DNA of 64,000 nt from an uncultured Armatimonadia bacterium (GCA_963749155.1 CAVVLO010000002.1:608001-672000), one strand, 5' to 3'. Numbered from the stretch's first letter, positions 30,407 through 41,020 are shown. Notes: generated by a model not told the origin, from the sequence alone. Numbers and translations: made by a program.

Positions 30407-30443
30407 AAAAACTCAAAGGGGCCGCCCGAAGGCAGCCCCCTTT
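30407..30443 (-). terminator. Intrinsic terminator after the RND operon
   Basis: GGGGCTGCC-TTCG-GGCGGCCCC-TTTGAGTTTTT on the minus strand. Confidence 0.7.
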
Positions 30444-30463
30444 CTCGCCGAGTTCACGTCGGG

Positions 30464-33400
30464 TCAGTCCTCTATCTCATGCACTGTCTGGGGTGGTTTG
30501 CCACCGATCTTTGAATAGATGACAGGCACGACAACCAGCGTCAGCAGCGTGCTGGTTATATACCCACCGATGACCCCGACTGCCATTGGAGAACGCAACT
30601 CGCTGCCCTTCCCCAGCGCCAGTGCCGTCGGGATCAGCGCGAAGATCAGCGTTGCCGCTGTCATCATAATCGGGCGGAACCTCGTCTTGCCCGCCTCGAT
30701 CAGCGCTTCCTTAACAGGCAACCCGCGCCCTTGCAGCACGCCGGCATAGTCCAGCATCAGGATGGCGTTCTTCGTCACAAGCCCCATAAGCATCACGACC
30801 CCGATGGCCGAGATGATGTTGAGGCTCTTGCCCGCCAGCAGCAGCGCCCAGATGACACCCGAGATAGCCAGCGGCAGCGAGAACATAATGACGAAAGGCG
30901 TACGCAGTGACTCGAACTGCGCCGACAGAGTCGCGAACACGAAGATGACTGCCAGGATAAGGGCCACTCCGATATTACTCAAGGCGTCGCGTATCATAGT
31001 CGCCTCGCCCTCAAAGCCGAGTCCGTAACCAGGTGCGAAGGAGACTTTATCAACGACTTCCTTTTGAAACAGCCCTTGTACGTTGAGTGGGAAGAATCCT
31101 TGGGCAACGCTGCCTCGCACAACCACGATGCGTCCCTGATCTCTATGGCGTATCTGCGTGGGGCCTGTGCCAACGGTGACTGTGGCGACGCTCGAAAGCG
31201 GGACCATGTGGCCCTGCATATTCGGGATTTTCAGCGACTCGAGCTGTTCGCGCGTGGCGCGGTCGGTCTCTCTGAGGCGCACCAGCATGTTGTACTCGTT
31301 GCCGGCCTCTCGATACACACCGGCATCGGTACCAGCCAGCGCAGTGCGCACCACCGAGGAAATCTGCGCCACCGGAAGGCCAAAGTGAGCGGCCTTCATC
31401 CGGTCGATCTGGACTCGCAACTCGGGCTTGCCAGGCTTCATTGAGGTGTCAACGTCTACTGCCCCAGGAATCGCGGCCAGTCCCTTTGCCAGTTGGTTGG
31501 CGTAATCCGTCAGCTGGGCAAGCTCCTGTCCATGCAACTGCACCTGCAGCGGCGCGTCTTCCCTGCTGCTGCTATCAAGAGCCGCGTAGATATGCGTACC
31601 CGGGTAATCGGTTGCCCACTGGCGCACCTCCTGGACATACTGCCAGGAGGGCTTGTGCTTGTCCTTCAGGATGATCGAGATGCTGGCCATCTCCGCGCCG
31701 GAGCTGGAGCCGCCGAACATGCTGCCGCCGCCAGAGCCCACGGTCGCCATCACGTCCTGTACTTCGTCGAATGTCTTCAGGCGCTGCTCGATCTGGATGG
31801 AAACAGCATCTGTGGTCGCCAATTGCGCCCCGGTGGGCAGCTCTATCAACATATAGAACTTGCCCTCGTCCTGCTGAGGCTGAAACTCCCCACCCAGGAA
31901 CTTGGCCGGCAGCAGGCTGACGATGAACAGGCCCAGAGCCAATAGCAACGTCAGCCAGGGCCTGGCCAGCGCGAGCTCGATTACCTTGCCATAACCATCC
32001 CGGATACTGTCAAACCAGTGATCGAAGCCCTTTCTCAGACGACTGCCGCCTCCCTCCTGTACATCGGAAAGACGCAGCAGGTTGCCTGCCATCATGGGAG
32101 TCAGTGAAGCCGCCGCTACCGTTGAGATAATGACCGCCGCCGCTACTGTCAGGCCGAACTCCCGGAAGAACTGTCCCACGATACCCGACATAAAGCCGAT
32201 CGGCACGAATACAGCCAGAGTTGTCAGCGAAGTGGCTATAACTGCTGCGATAATCTCTCGCGAGCCTGACAGGGCCCCCGACTTGGTCTTTTGCTTGTTC
32301 TGCACGTGGCGATAGATGTTCTCTATCATCACTATCGCATCGTCAACCAGGAAGCCTACCGCAATTGACAGGGCAAGCATCGACAGGATGTTCAGGGTGA
32401 AACCGAGCGCATACATGAAGGCGAAGGTTGAGATAATAGTAACCGGCAGCACCGTGAAGACGATAAGGGTGCTGCGGAAACTGCCCAGGAAGGTCCAGAC
32501 GACCAGCGTCGCGATAAGCGCGCCAAGCAAGATGGTCACAATGACATCGTGCACAGCTTCCTCGGCGAATTTGGCTGTATCGTCCACGAGGGTGAAGCTG
32601 ATGTCCTTCGGCAGTTCGCCGGTGGTCATATTGTCTATACGTTCGCGCACCGCGCGCGCGACTTCGACGGTGTTGGCATCCGATGCCTTCACAATCGAAA
32701 GCTGCACAGCCGGGTTGCCATTCAGTCGCGAAAAACTTCGAACCTCCTGGCTGGCATCGCGCACCTCGGCGACATCGCTTAGCAGGATGACGGCACCCTC
32801 GCCTACCTGGATTGCCATCTGGCCGATGTCGGCCGGCGAGCCAAACTCGCCCATTACCCTGACTGTGAACTCCTTGCGGGCCTGGTCAATCCGCCCGCTC
32901 GGGATATTCAGGTTCTCGGCTTTGAGCTGCTGCACGAGCTGATTGATGTTGAGCCCATAAGCCGTAAGCCGGCCCGAGTCGACGGAGATCTGGATCTCTC
33001 TCTGTTGGCCGCCGCTGACATTGGCCGCGGCTACTCCCGCAATCTGCAGTAGTTTGTCCTGGATAACGTTATCTACCAGGTCGCGCACTTCGCGGATGCC
33101 GCGCTTGTCGCTGCTGACCGCGTATGTGAGCACTGGCATCTGGTTGAAGTCTATCTTCGAGACCACGGGCTCTTGCGCATCGTCTGGCAGCGCTCCGCGG
33201 ATGCCCAGGACCTTCTCCCGAACATTCTGCAGGGCTACGTTGACGTCGATGCCCACGATGAAGTTGCACGAGACGATGGAGACGTTCTCCTGCGACGAAG
33301 AGTTTATGTAGTCGAGGTCCGAAACGCCTGACAGCGCGTCCTCTACCTTGTTGGTGACGGAGTTCTCAACCTCTTCCGGGCCAGCGCCCGGATAGACGAT

Positions 33401-33547
33401 GCTTACCGTCACAACCGGGATTTCGACCGAAGGCATCAGGTTGGTGCCCATCCGGGAATAGCCAACCAGCCCGACCACCATCAGCACGATGAAGAACATG
33501 CTGACGAAGACCGGCCGGTTGATGAAGAAGGCCAGCAGGCTTCTCAT
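30464..33547 (-). CDS. RND efflux permease, AcrB/AcrD/AcrF family
   Basis: FINRPVF, YPGAGPEEVE, GFLVDDAIVMIENI, KNAILM, RFRPIMMT. Confidence 0.95.
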   Translation of the reverse strand: MRSLLAFFINRPVFVSMFFIVLMVVGLVGYSRMGTNLMPSVEIPVVTVSIVYPGAGPEEVENSVTNKVEDALSGVSDLDYINSSSQENVSIVSCNFIVGIDVNVALQNVREKVLGIRGALPDDAQEPVVSKIDFNQMPVLTYAVSSDKRGIREVRDLVDNVIQDKLLQIAGVAAANVSGGQQREIQISVDSGRLTAYGLNINQLVQQLKAENLNIPSGRIDQARKEFTVRVMGEFGSPADIGQMAIQVGEGAVILLSDVAEVRDASQEVRSFSRLNGNPAVQLSIVKASDANTVEVARAVRERIDNMTTGELPKDISFTLVDDTAKFAEEAVHDVIVTILLGALIATLVVWTFLGSFRSTLIVFTVLPVTIISTFAFMYALGFTLNILSMLALSIAVGFLVDDAIVMIENIYRHVQNKQKTKSGALSGSREIIAAVIATSLTTLAVFVPIGFMSGIVGQFFREFGLTVAAAVIISTVAAASLTPMMAGNLLRLSDVQEGGGSRLRKGFDHWFDSIRDGYGKVIELALARPWLTLLLALGLFIVSLLPAKFLGGEFQPQQDEGKFYMLIELPTGAQLATTDAVSIQIEQRLKTFDEVQDVMATVGSGGGSMFGGSSSGAEMASISIILKDKHKPSWQYVQEVRQWATDYPGTHIYAALDSSSREDAPLQVQLHGQELAQLTDYANQLAKGLAAIPGAVDVDTSMKPGKPELRVQIDRMKAAHFGLPVAQISSVVRTALAGTDAGVYREAGNEYNMLVRLRETDRATREQLESLKIPNMQGHMVPLSSVATVTVGTGPTQIRHRDQGRIVVVRGSVAQGFFPLNVQGLFQKEVVDKVSFAPGYGLGFEGEATMIRDALSNIGVALILAVIFVFATLSAQFESLRTPFVIMFSLPLAISGVIWALLLAGKSLNIISAIGVVMLMGLVTKNAILMLDYAGVLQGRGLPVKEALIEAGKTRFRPIMMTAATLIFALIPTALALGKGSELRSPMAVGVIGGYITSTLLTLVVVPVIYSKIGGKPPQTVHEIED

Positions 33548-35178
33548 TGGGCGCCTCCGGCTTGCTGTGCGAGCTTGACGGAGGAGCCATCCTCGACCTG
33601 CCCTTCGATGATAACCTCGTCAGTGGGAGCCAGCCCCGTCATTATCTGGGCCACATCGCCCTGGACGATACCCAGTTTGACTTCGCGCTTCTTGGCTGTC
33701 CCGCCGCTGGCGACGTAGACAAACTCCTTACCTGTCTCGCCCTTGATGGCCGCAAGCGGCACAGTAAGAGCGCCTTCCAGCGTGCTGACTACGATGCGGC
33801 CCTGGGCATAGGCCCCTACGTAGAGTTTATTGTCAGGATTAGCCAGCTTCACCTTGGCGATGACCGCCCGGTTGCCCTCGGCAGCCATGGGGATGATCTC
33901 GGTGACCACGCCGGTGAACTCTCTGCCGGGCAGTGAATCGACCTTGATGCTCGCCGGCAAACCGAGTTTTATGCGGCCGGCCTGCGACTCGGGTACCTGG
34001 AGAGAGGCGAATATGCTGCCAGCGCGCACGAGCCTTATGATGGGCATCCCCGGGGAGTGCATCTGACCGCGCTCGGTCAGTTTGGCGACTACCACGCCCG
34101 AGAAGGGCGCGTAGACAGAGGCCATCGACAACGCAACCCGGGCCTGCTGGAGACCAGCGCGCGCTATCCGGACGCCTGCCTCGGCGCCGCGGATCTGCTC
34201 GAGGTTAACCGACTTCTGGCCAAGCCCAGCCCGCGCGGCGGCAAGGCCCGCTTCGGCCTGACGCACCGCCTCGCGCGCGTTGTCTATATCTTTTAGAGAG
34301 ATGACATCCAGCGTCCCCGAGGCTCTGGCCTGGGCCACGACCGCCTCGAGCCGCTTCACATCAGCCTCTACGGCCTTTATGTCTTCAGCGCGAGCGCCTT
34401 CCTGCACCAGGCTTTGGGCAGCTTTGGCCTGCTGATACTGGCTGCTTGCCAGTTCATACTGGTTCTTGGCCAGGTCATACTGGGCAGGGGCTATCGCGCC
34501 GCCATCCAGCAGCTTCTGCATGCGCTCGAGATTCTTGCGGGCGGTCTCGAGACTCGAAGAAGCCGCCTCGACGGCTTGCCTGGCCTGTTCGCGTTCCTGG
34601 GTGCGCGCGCCGGATTTCAATGCAGCGAGTCGCTCGCGTCCCGCAGCCAGTGCCTGTTCGGCCTGGGCTACGGTAGCGGTAGTGTTCGCCTGCTGTAGTT
34701 GATAAGCCGACTGTGCCTGGGTCAGACGCGTCTGAGACGAAGCCAGGGCAGCCTGGGCTTGTGCCACCATCGTTTCCGACGTCGTGTTCGTAATGGTCGA
34801 ACCCGCCTTCGCCTGTGCCAGCATCGCCTCTGCCGAATGCACCGAGGCTTCTGCCTGCGCCACCTGGGCCCTCAGATCATCATCGCGCAGCCTGGCAACA
34901 AGCTGGCCTTGCCGCACGGTGTCGCCCTCGCGCGCGCCGATCCAGGCGACAACGCCCATCGCCTTGGTATCGACATCGGTGACGTCCACTGGGGCGATAT
35001 CTCCCGAAGCTGCGATGGTGTCGGCAAACGGGCCAACCTTCGGCGCCTCGGTGATGACGGTTACCTCGACCGCGAGTGGGGGCGGCGTTTCTGCGGGCTT
35101 TATGCGCTGCATGAGCGCATAGCCAGCCGCCACCAGGAACACCACAACTACCAGTCCGATTATCAGCTTGCGATCCAT
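33544..35178 (-). CDS. RND periplasmic adaptor (membrane fusion protein) with long coiled coil
   Basis: N-terminal TM, REGDTVRQGQLVARL, extended Ala/Gln heptads, YAPFSGVV, VPLAAI. Confidence 0.92.
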   Translation of the reverse strand: MDRKLIIGLVVVVFLVAAGYALMQRIKPAETPPPLAVEVTVITEAPKVGPFADTIAASGDIAPVDVTDVDTKAMGVVAWIGAREGDTVRQGQLVARLRDDDLRAQVAQAEASVHSAEAMLAQAKAGSTITNTTSETMVAQAQAALASSQTRLTQAQSAYQLQQANTTATVAQAEQALAAGRERLAALKSGARTQEREQARQAVEAASSSLETARKNLERMQKLLDGGAIAPAQYDLAKNQYELASSQYQQAKAAQSLVQEGARAEDIKAVEADVKRLEAVVAQARASGTLDVISLKDIDNAREAVRQAEAGLAAARAGLGQKSVNLEQIRGAEAGVRIARAGLQQARVALSMASVYAPFSGVVVAKLTERGQMHSPGMPIIRLVRAGSIFASLQVPESQAGRIKLGLPASIKVDSLPGREFTGVVTEIIPMAAEGNRAVIAKVKLANPDNKLYVGAYAQGRIVVSTLEGALTVPLAAIKGETGKEFVYVASGGTAKKREVKLGIVQGDVAQIMTGLAPTDEVIIEGQVEDGSSVKLAQQAGGAQ

Positions 35179-35181
35179 TAC

Positions 35182-36537
35182 TTATTCACCTGCTGCCACA
35201 GGCTGAACAGCCTGGCTAAGCTCTGAGTATAAATCAATCCCTGTTGCCTGTTTGAGCGCGATTTCTGCCGACTGCACCTGGTATTGGGCAGTGGCGAGAG
35301 TCTGTTCGGTTGCTATAAGCGCCAGTCTTGCGTCATTGAATTCCACCTGAGTGCCCAGGCCTGATTCATATCTCAAACGCGCAATCCCATGCGCCTCGAC
35401 GGCTTGAGCCACACTGGCCTCAGCCAGATTGTACTGGGCAAGGGCGTTCTGGAGGTTGGTAAGTGCCTGCTGCACGGCAAAATCAATACCCGCCTTCGCA
35501 AGACTGGTCTGCTCTCTGATTTGCTCCAGCCTGGCTTTGGCCCCTCTGGTGTCTTCGCGTGTCATACCCCCATCGTAAAGGGGCTTGGTCAGGATAATTG
35601 AAGCGGTCCAGCTATAATCGGTGCTGGCCAGTCCTCCGGCGCTTTGCCTGTAATAGGTCGAGTTGAGAGCGACGCTTGGATCGTCTCCAGACTTTGCCAC
35701 CTTTACGAAATAGTCGGCGGCTTCCTGGGCGAGGGCAAGCTGGCGCAGTTCCAGCCGTTGGTTCGCCGCAACCGCCAGGGCGGCTTCTAGCGCTGGCGCC
35801 TCAGGCGTCACCAGGGCGATATCGGCAATCTCCAGCCCCGCAGTCAGGGGGAAATACATCGCCGTCTTGAGCGCGGCCAGAGCCAGTTCGACTCCGTTAC
35901 GCGCGCTTATCAGAGACTGCTCGGCGCTTGCCACTTCGACACTGGCGCGTGTGACATCAAATCTGGGTGACTCGCCCGCATCAAAGCGCTGTTGGGCGAT
36001 ATCTCTATGCTGAGTAGCCAGAGCCAGATTCTCTTCCGCTACTACCACATATCGGCGCGCGCCAAGCACAGCCAGATAAGCCTGGGTGACCTGATAAGCC
36101 AGGTCGCGCTCCACCAGACTGTAAGCGATATCGGCGGCTTCGACTTGCCGCTTGAGGCCGCGCTGAGTGTTTTCCACCGCGCCTGAAGAGTAAAGGAGAT
36201 AATTGAGCGCTGCCCCATACTGGGTAGAGCGGTCAGTGCCCATCTCTATTGTCGATCCGCCGAAATCCACTGTCGCCACAGGGCCCATCCGGGTATGCGT
36301 GGCAGAGGCGGTTATCGTCGGTTTCGAGGCCACAAGCGCCTGGCCCAGTCCAGCCTTCGCCAGCGCGACATCCTGTTTGGCTGATGCGAGCTGAGGGCTG
36401 TTTTCGAGGGCAAACTGGAGGCAGCCGACCAGGTCAAGTTGGGCTGGGGCTGGGGCTGGAGCCTCTTGCCCCCAGGCCATCAAGCCTGCCAGTAAACAAG
36501 CCAGTATCATTACTAGAAGTGAAAGCTGCTTTCGCAT
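35182..36537 (-). CDS. TolC family outer-membrane efflux protein
   Basis: Signal peptide, ALENSPQL, QRFDAGE, PLYDGG, LRYESGLGT; in an operon with the MFP and RND genes. Confidence 0.9.
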   Translation of the reverse strand: MRKQLSLLVMILACLLAGLMAWGQEAPAPAPAQLDLVGCLQFALENSPQLASAKQDVALAKAGLGQALVASKPTITASATHTRMGPVATVDFGGSTIEMGTDRSTQYGAALNYLLYSSGAVENTQRGLKRQVEAADIAYSLVERDLAYQVTQAYLAVLGARRYVVVAEENLALATQHRDIAQQRFDAGESPRFDVTRASVEVASAEQSLISARNGVELALAALKTAMYFPLTAGLEIADIALVTPEAPALEAALAVAANQRLELRQLALAQEAADYFVKVAKSGDDPSVALNSTYYRQSAGGLASTDYSWTASIILTKPLYDGGMTREDTRGAKARLEQIREQTSLAKAGIDFAVQQALTNLQNALAQYNLAEASVAQAVEAHGIARLRYESGLGTQVEFNDARLALIATEQTLATAQYQVQSAEIALKQATGIDLYSELSQAVQPVAAGE

Positions 36538-36538
36538 A

Positions 36539-36841
36539 TCAACTAGCCCCCTGATGAGCCAGCCGGTCTTCAGAGACAACACCTTTGCCAGGCCCTTCTT
36601 CCTGCTCGAGATCACTCTCTGCGGTCAGCTCTTCCAGTTTACGCATCATCGCTATCAATCGTTTAGCTGGAATCAACACGATGGCATGCCCAGAGCCAGC
36701 CGCGTGAACCAGCAGCTTGTCTCCTGGCTCGATGCCAAGTTTTTTTCTCGCCTGGGCAGGGATGACCACCTGGCCACGCTCGCCCATCGTCACCGCTCCG
36801 TAGAACTCTTCTCCGAGTTCTCTTTCGAGCTCATCGCTCAT
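36539..36841 (-). CDS. AbrB/MazE/SpoVT family DNA-binding regulator
   Basis: FYGAVTMGERGQVVIPAQARKKLGIEPGDKLLV; SD GGAGG. Confidence 0.9.
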   Translation of the reverse strand: MSDELERELGEEFYGAVTMGERGQVVIPAQARKKLGIEPGDKLLVHAAGSGHAIVLIPAKRLIAMMRKLEELTAESDLEQEEGPGKGVVSEDRLAHQGAS

Positions 36842-36866
36842 ACCTGCTTCCTCCCTGGATGGGGCC

Positions 36867-36923
36867 AAGTATGAAAAGTATGAATTGCACGATATGTATA
36901 GCGAGCCATACCGCTTCTGTCAA
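36867..36923 (-). promoter_or_regulatory. Promoter of the AbrB-TolC-RND operon with tandem 9-bp direct repeat
   Basis: TTGACA-17 bp-TATACA, followed by TTCATACTT TTCATACTT (36867-36884). Confidence 0.7.
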
Positions 36924-37156
36924 TGAATTGAGAGAAAAGAGTTACCCCCTGCTTTTGGCTCTGGTTTGGTGATCCCGAGAGCAGGCGCACTAGCTTTAGG
37001 GTCAGGAATTGACGTTTCCTAAAAGGGGCACCTTTGGCTCGGTAGCAGGCTTCAGGAACTTTGGACGGCAAAAGGTCGGCAACGAAGTGGCTTTTCTACC
37101 CCCTGTATGTCGGAATGTTGCCGGCAGCGAACCGCCCTTTAGAGGGCCAAAACCCT

Positions 37157-37185
37157 TTGCCATTTCCCCCTTTCGAGGTGATAAT
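37157..37185 (+). promoter_or_regulatory. Candidate promoter of gdh
   Basis: TTGCCA-17 bp-GATAAT about 100 nt upstream of the start. Confidence 0.4.
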
Positions 37186-37281
37186 TGGGTCTCCGGTACA
37201 CGCTTCTGCTCCCGCGCGGCCAGCGCGAGTTAGTGGCCGTCTGCGAGTAGAGTAAAAAATCATAAGCGAGAGGTAGAGCCA

Positions 37282-38535
37282 ATGGCAACCGAGTCCCTGA
37301 ATCCTTTTGAGATCGCACAGGCCCAGTTCGACGAGGCCGCGGCCGTACTTGGCCTGGACGAAGGCACCTGCCAGTTGCTGCGCAACCCGCGGCGGCAGTT
37401 GTTCGTCACCATCCCCGTGAAGATGGATGATGGCACCACCAAAGTGTTCCAGGGCTTCCGGGTCCAGTACAACGACGCCCTCGGGCCAACGAAGGGTGGC
37501 ATCCGTTTCCATCCCGAAGAGACCATCGACACCGTGCGCGCCCTGGCCGCGTGGATGACCTGGAAGACCTCCGTTGTCGGCCTGCCTTACGGCGGCGGCA
37601 AAGGCGGCGTCATCTGCAACCCCAAGCAACTGAGCGCCGGCGAGCTTGAGCGTCTCTCCCGCGGTTATGTCCGCGCCATTGGCGATTTCATCGGCGATCA
37701 GGTCGACATCCCCGCCCCCGACGTCTACACCACCCCGCAGATTATGGCGTGGATGATGGACGAGTACAGTGTAATGATGGGCCAGAACGTGCCCGGCCTC
37801 ATCACCGGCAAACCGCTGACACTCGGTGGTTCGGTTGGCCGCGATGACGCGACCGCTCGCGGCGCCGTCTACACTGTCCGCGAAGCCGCCAAGTACCTCA
37901 ACCTGGACCTCACTGGCAAGACCATCGCCATCCAGGGCTACGGCAACGCTGGCTATTTTATGGCCAAACTCGCTATCGAGATGCTCGGTATGAAGGTTGT
38001 CGCGGTTTCCGATTCGCGCGGCGGCATCCAGAACCCCGACGGCCTCGACTGGAAGGCTGTGCTGGATCACAAGAATGCGACCGGTTCGGTTGTAAATTTC
38101 CCTGGCAGCACCCCCATCAGCAACGAAGACCTGCTTGAGCTGGACGTCACCGTCCTGTGCCCGGCTGCCCTCGAGAACGTAATCACCTCCGAGAACGCTG
38201 GCCGCATCAAGGCCAAGATCGTAGCCGAGGCCGCAAATGGCCCCACCACCCCCGAAGCCGACAGAGTTATGCATGCTAACGGCATCCTGGTTATCCCGGA
38301 CTTCCTTTGCAATGCTGGTGGCGTCACTGTCTCCTACTTCGAGTGGGTCCAGAACATCGGCGGTTACTACTGGGATCTGCCGACCGTGCACGAGCGCCTC
38401 GATGCCAAGATGACTGAAGCTTTCTGGAAGGTCCTCAAGGCTCGCGACGAGAAGAACGTCCATATGCGCGTTGCTGCCTATCTGGTCGCCGTAGCGCGCG
38501 TAACCGAGGCCGCCAAGCTCCGCGGCTGGTGCTAG
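37282..38535 (+). CDS. gdhA: Glutamate dehydrogenase NAD(P)
   Basis: [63 protein letters not shown]. Confidence 0.95.
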   Translation: MATESLNPFEIAQAQFDEAAAVLGLDEGTCQLLRNPRRQLFVTIPVKMDDGTTKVFQGFRVQYNDALGPTKGGIRFHPEETIDTVRALAAWMTWKTSVVGLPYGGGKGGVICNPKQLSAGELERLSRGYVRAIGDFIGDQVDIPAPDVYTTPQIMAWMMDEYSVMMGQNVPGLITGKPLTLGGSVGRDDATARGAVYTVREAAKYLNLDLTGKTIAIQGYGNAGYFMAKLAIEMLGMKVVAVSDSRGGIQNPDGLDWKAVLDHKNATGSVVNFPGSTPISNEDLLELDVTVLCPAALENVITSENAGRIKAKIVAEAANGPTTPEADRVMHANGILVIPDFLCNAGGVTVSYFEWVQNIGGYYWDLPTVHERLDAKMTEAFWKVLKARDEKNVHMRVAAYLVAVARVTEAAKLRGWC

Positions 38536-38547
38536 TTTATTACTCTG

Positions 38548-38586
38548 ACTGCCTGCCGTCTTTCGGGACGGCAGGCAGTTTTGTTC
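38548..38586 (+). terminator. Intrinsic terminator after gdh
   Basis: ACTGCCTGCCGTCT-TTCG-GGACGGCAGGCAGT-TTTGTT. Confidence 0.85.
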
Positions 38587-38638
38587 AGGTCAGCTCGGGC
38601 GCGGCCCCCGGGTCGTTCTCGCCCCTCAGGTGATTGCC

Positions 38639-39472
38639 GTGCACACTGTAATTGCGAAATCTCAGCTTTCCCCCAATGTTTTTAGCCTGCGAGTGGAAGC
38701 AGAAAGGATAGCTGTCGCGCGCAAGCCTGGCCAGTTCGTCATTGTGCGACTCGGGCCTGGCTCTGAGCGCGTCCCCCTGACCATTGCCGACGCTGACACC
38801 CAGGCGGGCACCATCACGATTGTCATCCAGGCTATCGGCCGCAGCACAAAGGAACTCGTGGCCCTGGAGCCGGGCGAGGCCCTTCAGGATGTCGTCGGGC
38901 CGCTCGGGCATCCCACCGAATTACTGACTGAGGGCACCGCGGTCTGCGTCGGAGGCGGCGTCGGGACGGCGGTCGTCCATCCAATCGCCCAGGGCCTGGC
39001 TGCAAGCGGCGTCGAGGTTATCAGCGTAATCGGAGGTCGCTCGCGCGAGTGGGTCATCTTCGAGGAAGAGCTGAAGGCGCTGGGAGAAGTCATCGTCTGC
39101 ACTGATGATGGCTCCTACGGGCGTCATGGCTTCGTGACCGACGCGCTGGCTGACCTCATCAGTTCAAAATCTATTGATGCGGTCTATGCCGTCGGCCCCG
39201 TGCCGATGATGAGCGCTGTTGCCGAACTCACTCGCCCACGCAAGCTGCCTACCATCGTCTCGCTCAATCCCATAATGATAGATGGCACCGGTATGTGCGG
39301 CGGGTGCCGCGTCACGGTGGGCGGCCAGATGAAGTTCGCTTGTGTGGACGGCCCTGAATTTGACGGCCACCAGGTGGATTTCGCCGAATTGCGCGACCGA
39401 CTCAGCACTTATGTGCCCCACGAGAAAGAAGCTCTGGCGGCTTTCGAACACGAGTGCAAGCTGGGACTGTAG
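38639..39472 (+). CDS. nfnA: Electron-bifurcating transhydrogenase small subunit NfnA (FAD, 2Fe-2S)
   Basis: KPGQFVIVR, ERVPLTIAD, GPLG, GGGVG, TDDGSYG, DGTGMCGGCRV..ACVDGPEFD. Confidence 0.88.
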   Translation: MHTVIAKSQLSPNVFSLRVEAERIAVARKPGQFVIVRLGPGSERVPLTIADADTQAGTITIVIQAIGRSTKELVALEPGEALQDVVGPLGHPTELLTEGTAVCVGGGVGTAVVHPIAQGLAASGVEVISVIGGRSREWVIFEEELKALGEVIVCTDDGSYGRHGFVTDALADLISSKSIDAVYAVGPVPMMSAVAELTRPRKLPTIVSLNPIMIDGTGMCGGCRVTVGGQMKFACVDGPEFDGHQVDFAELRDRLSTYVPHEKEALAAFEHECKLGL

Positions 39473-39485
39473 AGGACCAAAACCA

Positions 39486-40901
39486 ATGGCAGATATCAGA
39501 GAGCTGACCCCGAAAGAACGGATGGCTATCGACCGGCAACGTATGCCTGAACAGGACCCGCTGGAGCGCGCAGGCAACTTCAACGAAGTTAACCTTGGTT
39601 TTGGCGAACAGCTCGCTCTGCTCGAGGCCCAGCGTTGCATCCAGTGCAAGACGGCCAAGTGTATTGATGGTTGTCCCGTACTGGTGGACATCCCAGGCTT
39701 CATCAAGTCGGTGGCCGAAGGCGATCTGCCTGCCGCGGCCGCCCAGTTGCTGCGCGATAACGCACTGCCCGCCATAACGGGACGCGTTTGCCCGCAGGAG
39801 ACCCAATGCGAGCAGCTCTGCGTGCGCGGTTTGAAAGGCGCTCCCGTAGCGGTTGGTTATCTGGAGCGGTTCGTAGCCGACTGGGCGCGCACCCAGGGGG
39901 GCGACAAGCTGCCCGAGAAAGCCCCTCCCACTGGTAAAAAGGTCGCTATCGTAGGCTCTGGCCCGGCTGGTCTGACCGCCGCCGGCGAACTCGTCAAGTT
40001 CGGCCATTCTGTTACCGTTTTTGAGGCGCTACACACCCCCGGTGGGGTGCTCGTATATGGCATCCCCGAGTTCCGCCTGCCCAAGGAGATAGTCCGCCAG
40101 GAGGTCGACCGGCTGCTGCGGCTGGGCGTCGAGCTTCAATGCAACGCGGTTATCGGCAAAACCTATACGCTGGGCGAGTTGCGAGCGCAATATGACGCCG
40201 TCTTTATCTCTAACGGCGCAGGGCTTCCCGTCTTTATGAAGGTGCCTGGCGAGAACTTCAAAGGCGTCTATTCAGCCAACGAATATCTCACCCGAGTGAA
40301 TCTGATGGTCGCCTACGCCTTCCCCGAGACTTCTACGCCCGTACTGAAGGGCCAGCGGGTCGCGGTCGTCGGCGGAGGCAACACGGCAATGGACGCGGTG
40401 CGCACCGCCAAGCGCCTCGGGGCAGACGAAGCGACTATCGTCTACCGGCGCAGCAAGGTCGAGATGCCCGCCCGAACAGAAGAGGTGCATCACGCCGAAG
40501 AAGAAGGCATCCAGTTCGAGTTGCTTGTTGCGCCTTTGGAAGTGCTGGGCAGCGAACAAGGCTGGGTCACCGGATTGAAGTGCATCAGGATGGAACTCGG
40601 CGAGCCGGATGATTCCGGTCGGCGCAGGCCAATTCCAGTTGAAGGCAGCGAATTTGTCGTGGAGTGCGATGTCGTCGTGGTGGCTATCGGCACAGGGGCC
40701 AATCCGTTGCTTACCGCCACCGAGCCCGACCTCAAGCTCAACAAATGGGGCTATATCGAAGCCGATGAGCAGGGCGCTACCAGCCTGCCAGGCGTCTGGG
40801 CGGGTGGCGACATCGTGCGCGGCTCGGCAACGGTTATCCTCGCTATGGGCGATGGCAAGCGCACGGCGAAGGTCATAGACGAGTATCTCGCCGGCAAGTG
40901 A
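39486..40901 (+). CDS. nfnB: NfnB (GltD-like NADPH oxidoreductase, 2x[4Fe-4S])
   Basis: EAQRCIQC..CIDGCPV, GRVCPQETQCE, GSGPAG, YGIPEFRLP, GGGNTAMD, YRR, GGDIVRGSATVILAMGDG. Adjacent to nfnA with no gltB nearby. Confidence 0.88.
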   Translation: MADIRELTPKERMAIDRQRMPEQDPLERAGNFNEVNLGFGEQLALLEAQRCIQCKTAKCIDGCPVLVDIPGFIKSVAEGDLPAAAAQLLRDNALPAITGRVCPQETQCEQLCVRGLKGAPVAVGYLERFVADWARTQGGDKLPEKAPPTGKKVAIVGSGPAGLTAAGELVKFGHSVTVFEALHTPGGVLVYGIPEFRLPKEIVRQEVDRLLRLGVELQCNAVIGKTYTLGELRAQYDAVFISNGAGLPVFMKVPGENFKGVYSANEYLTRVNLMVAYAFPETSTPVLKGQRVAVVGGGNTAMDAVRTAKRLGADEATIVYRRSKVEMPARTEEVHHAEEEGIQFELLVAPLEVLGSEQGWVTGLKCIRMELGEPDDSGRRRPIPVEGSEFVVECDVVVVAIGTGANPLLTATEPDLKLNKWGYIEADEQGATSLPGVWAGGDIVRGSATVILAMGDGKRTAKVIDEYLAGK

Positions 40902-40915
40902 CCGAGGCCAAGGCT

Positions 40916-40954
40916 GGAAAGGCGCGGGGGTATTACCCCCACACCCCCACTAGT
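40916..40954. repeat. REP-like dispersed repeat, copy A
   Basis: GGAAAGGCGCGGGGGTATTACCCCCACACCCCCACTAGT; matches 50922-50978. Confidence 0.7.
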
Positions 40955-41020
40955 CCAGAGCAGGAAACAGCCCACTGAGGCGGAACTAGCGCCCTCCAGA
41001 CCTGACCAGGAGGGATTACC

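Noticed and set aside
37096..38463. 455-aa minus-strand ORF opposite gdh
   Set aside because: Antisense shadow of a highly biased GC-rich gene, with no recognisable motifs.
39486..40901. Glutamate synthase small subunit (GOGAT)
   Set aside because: No large subunit is present, and pairing with an NfnA-type gene indicates NfnB.
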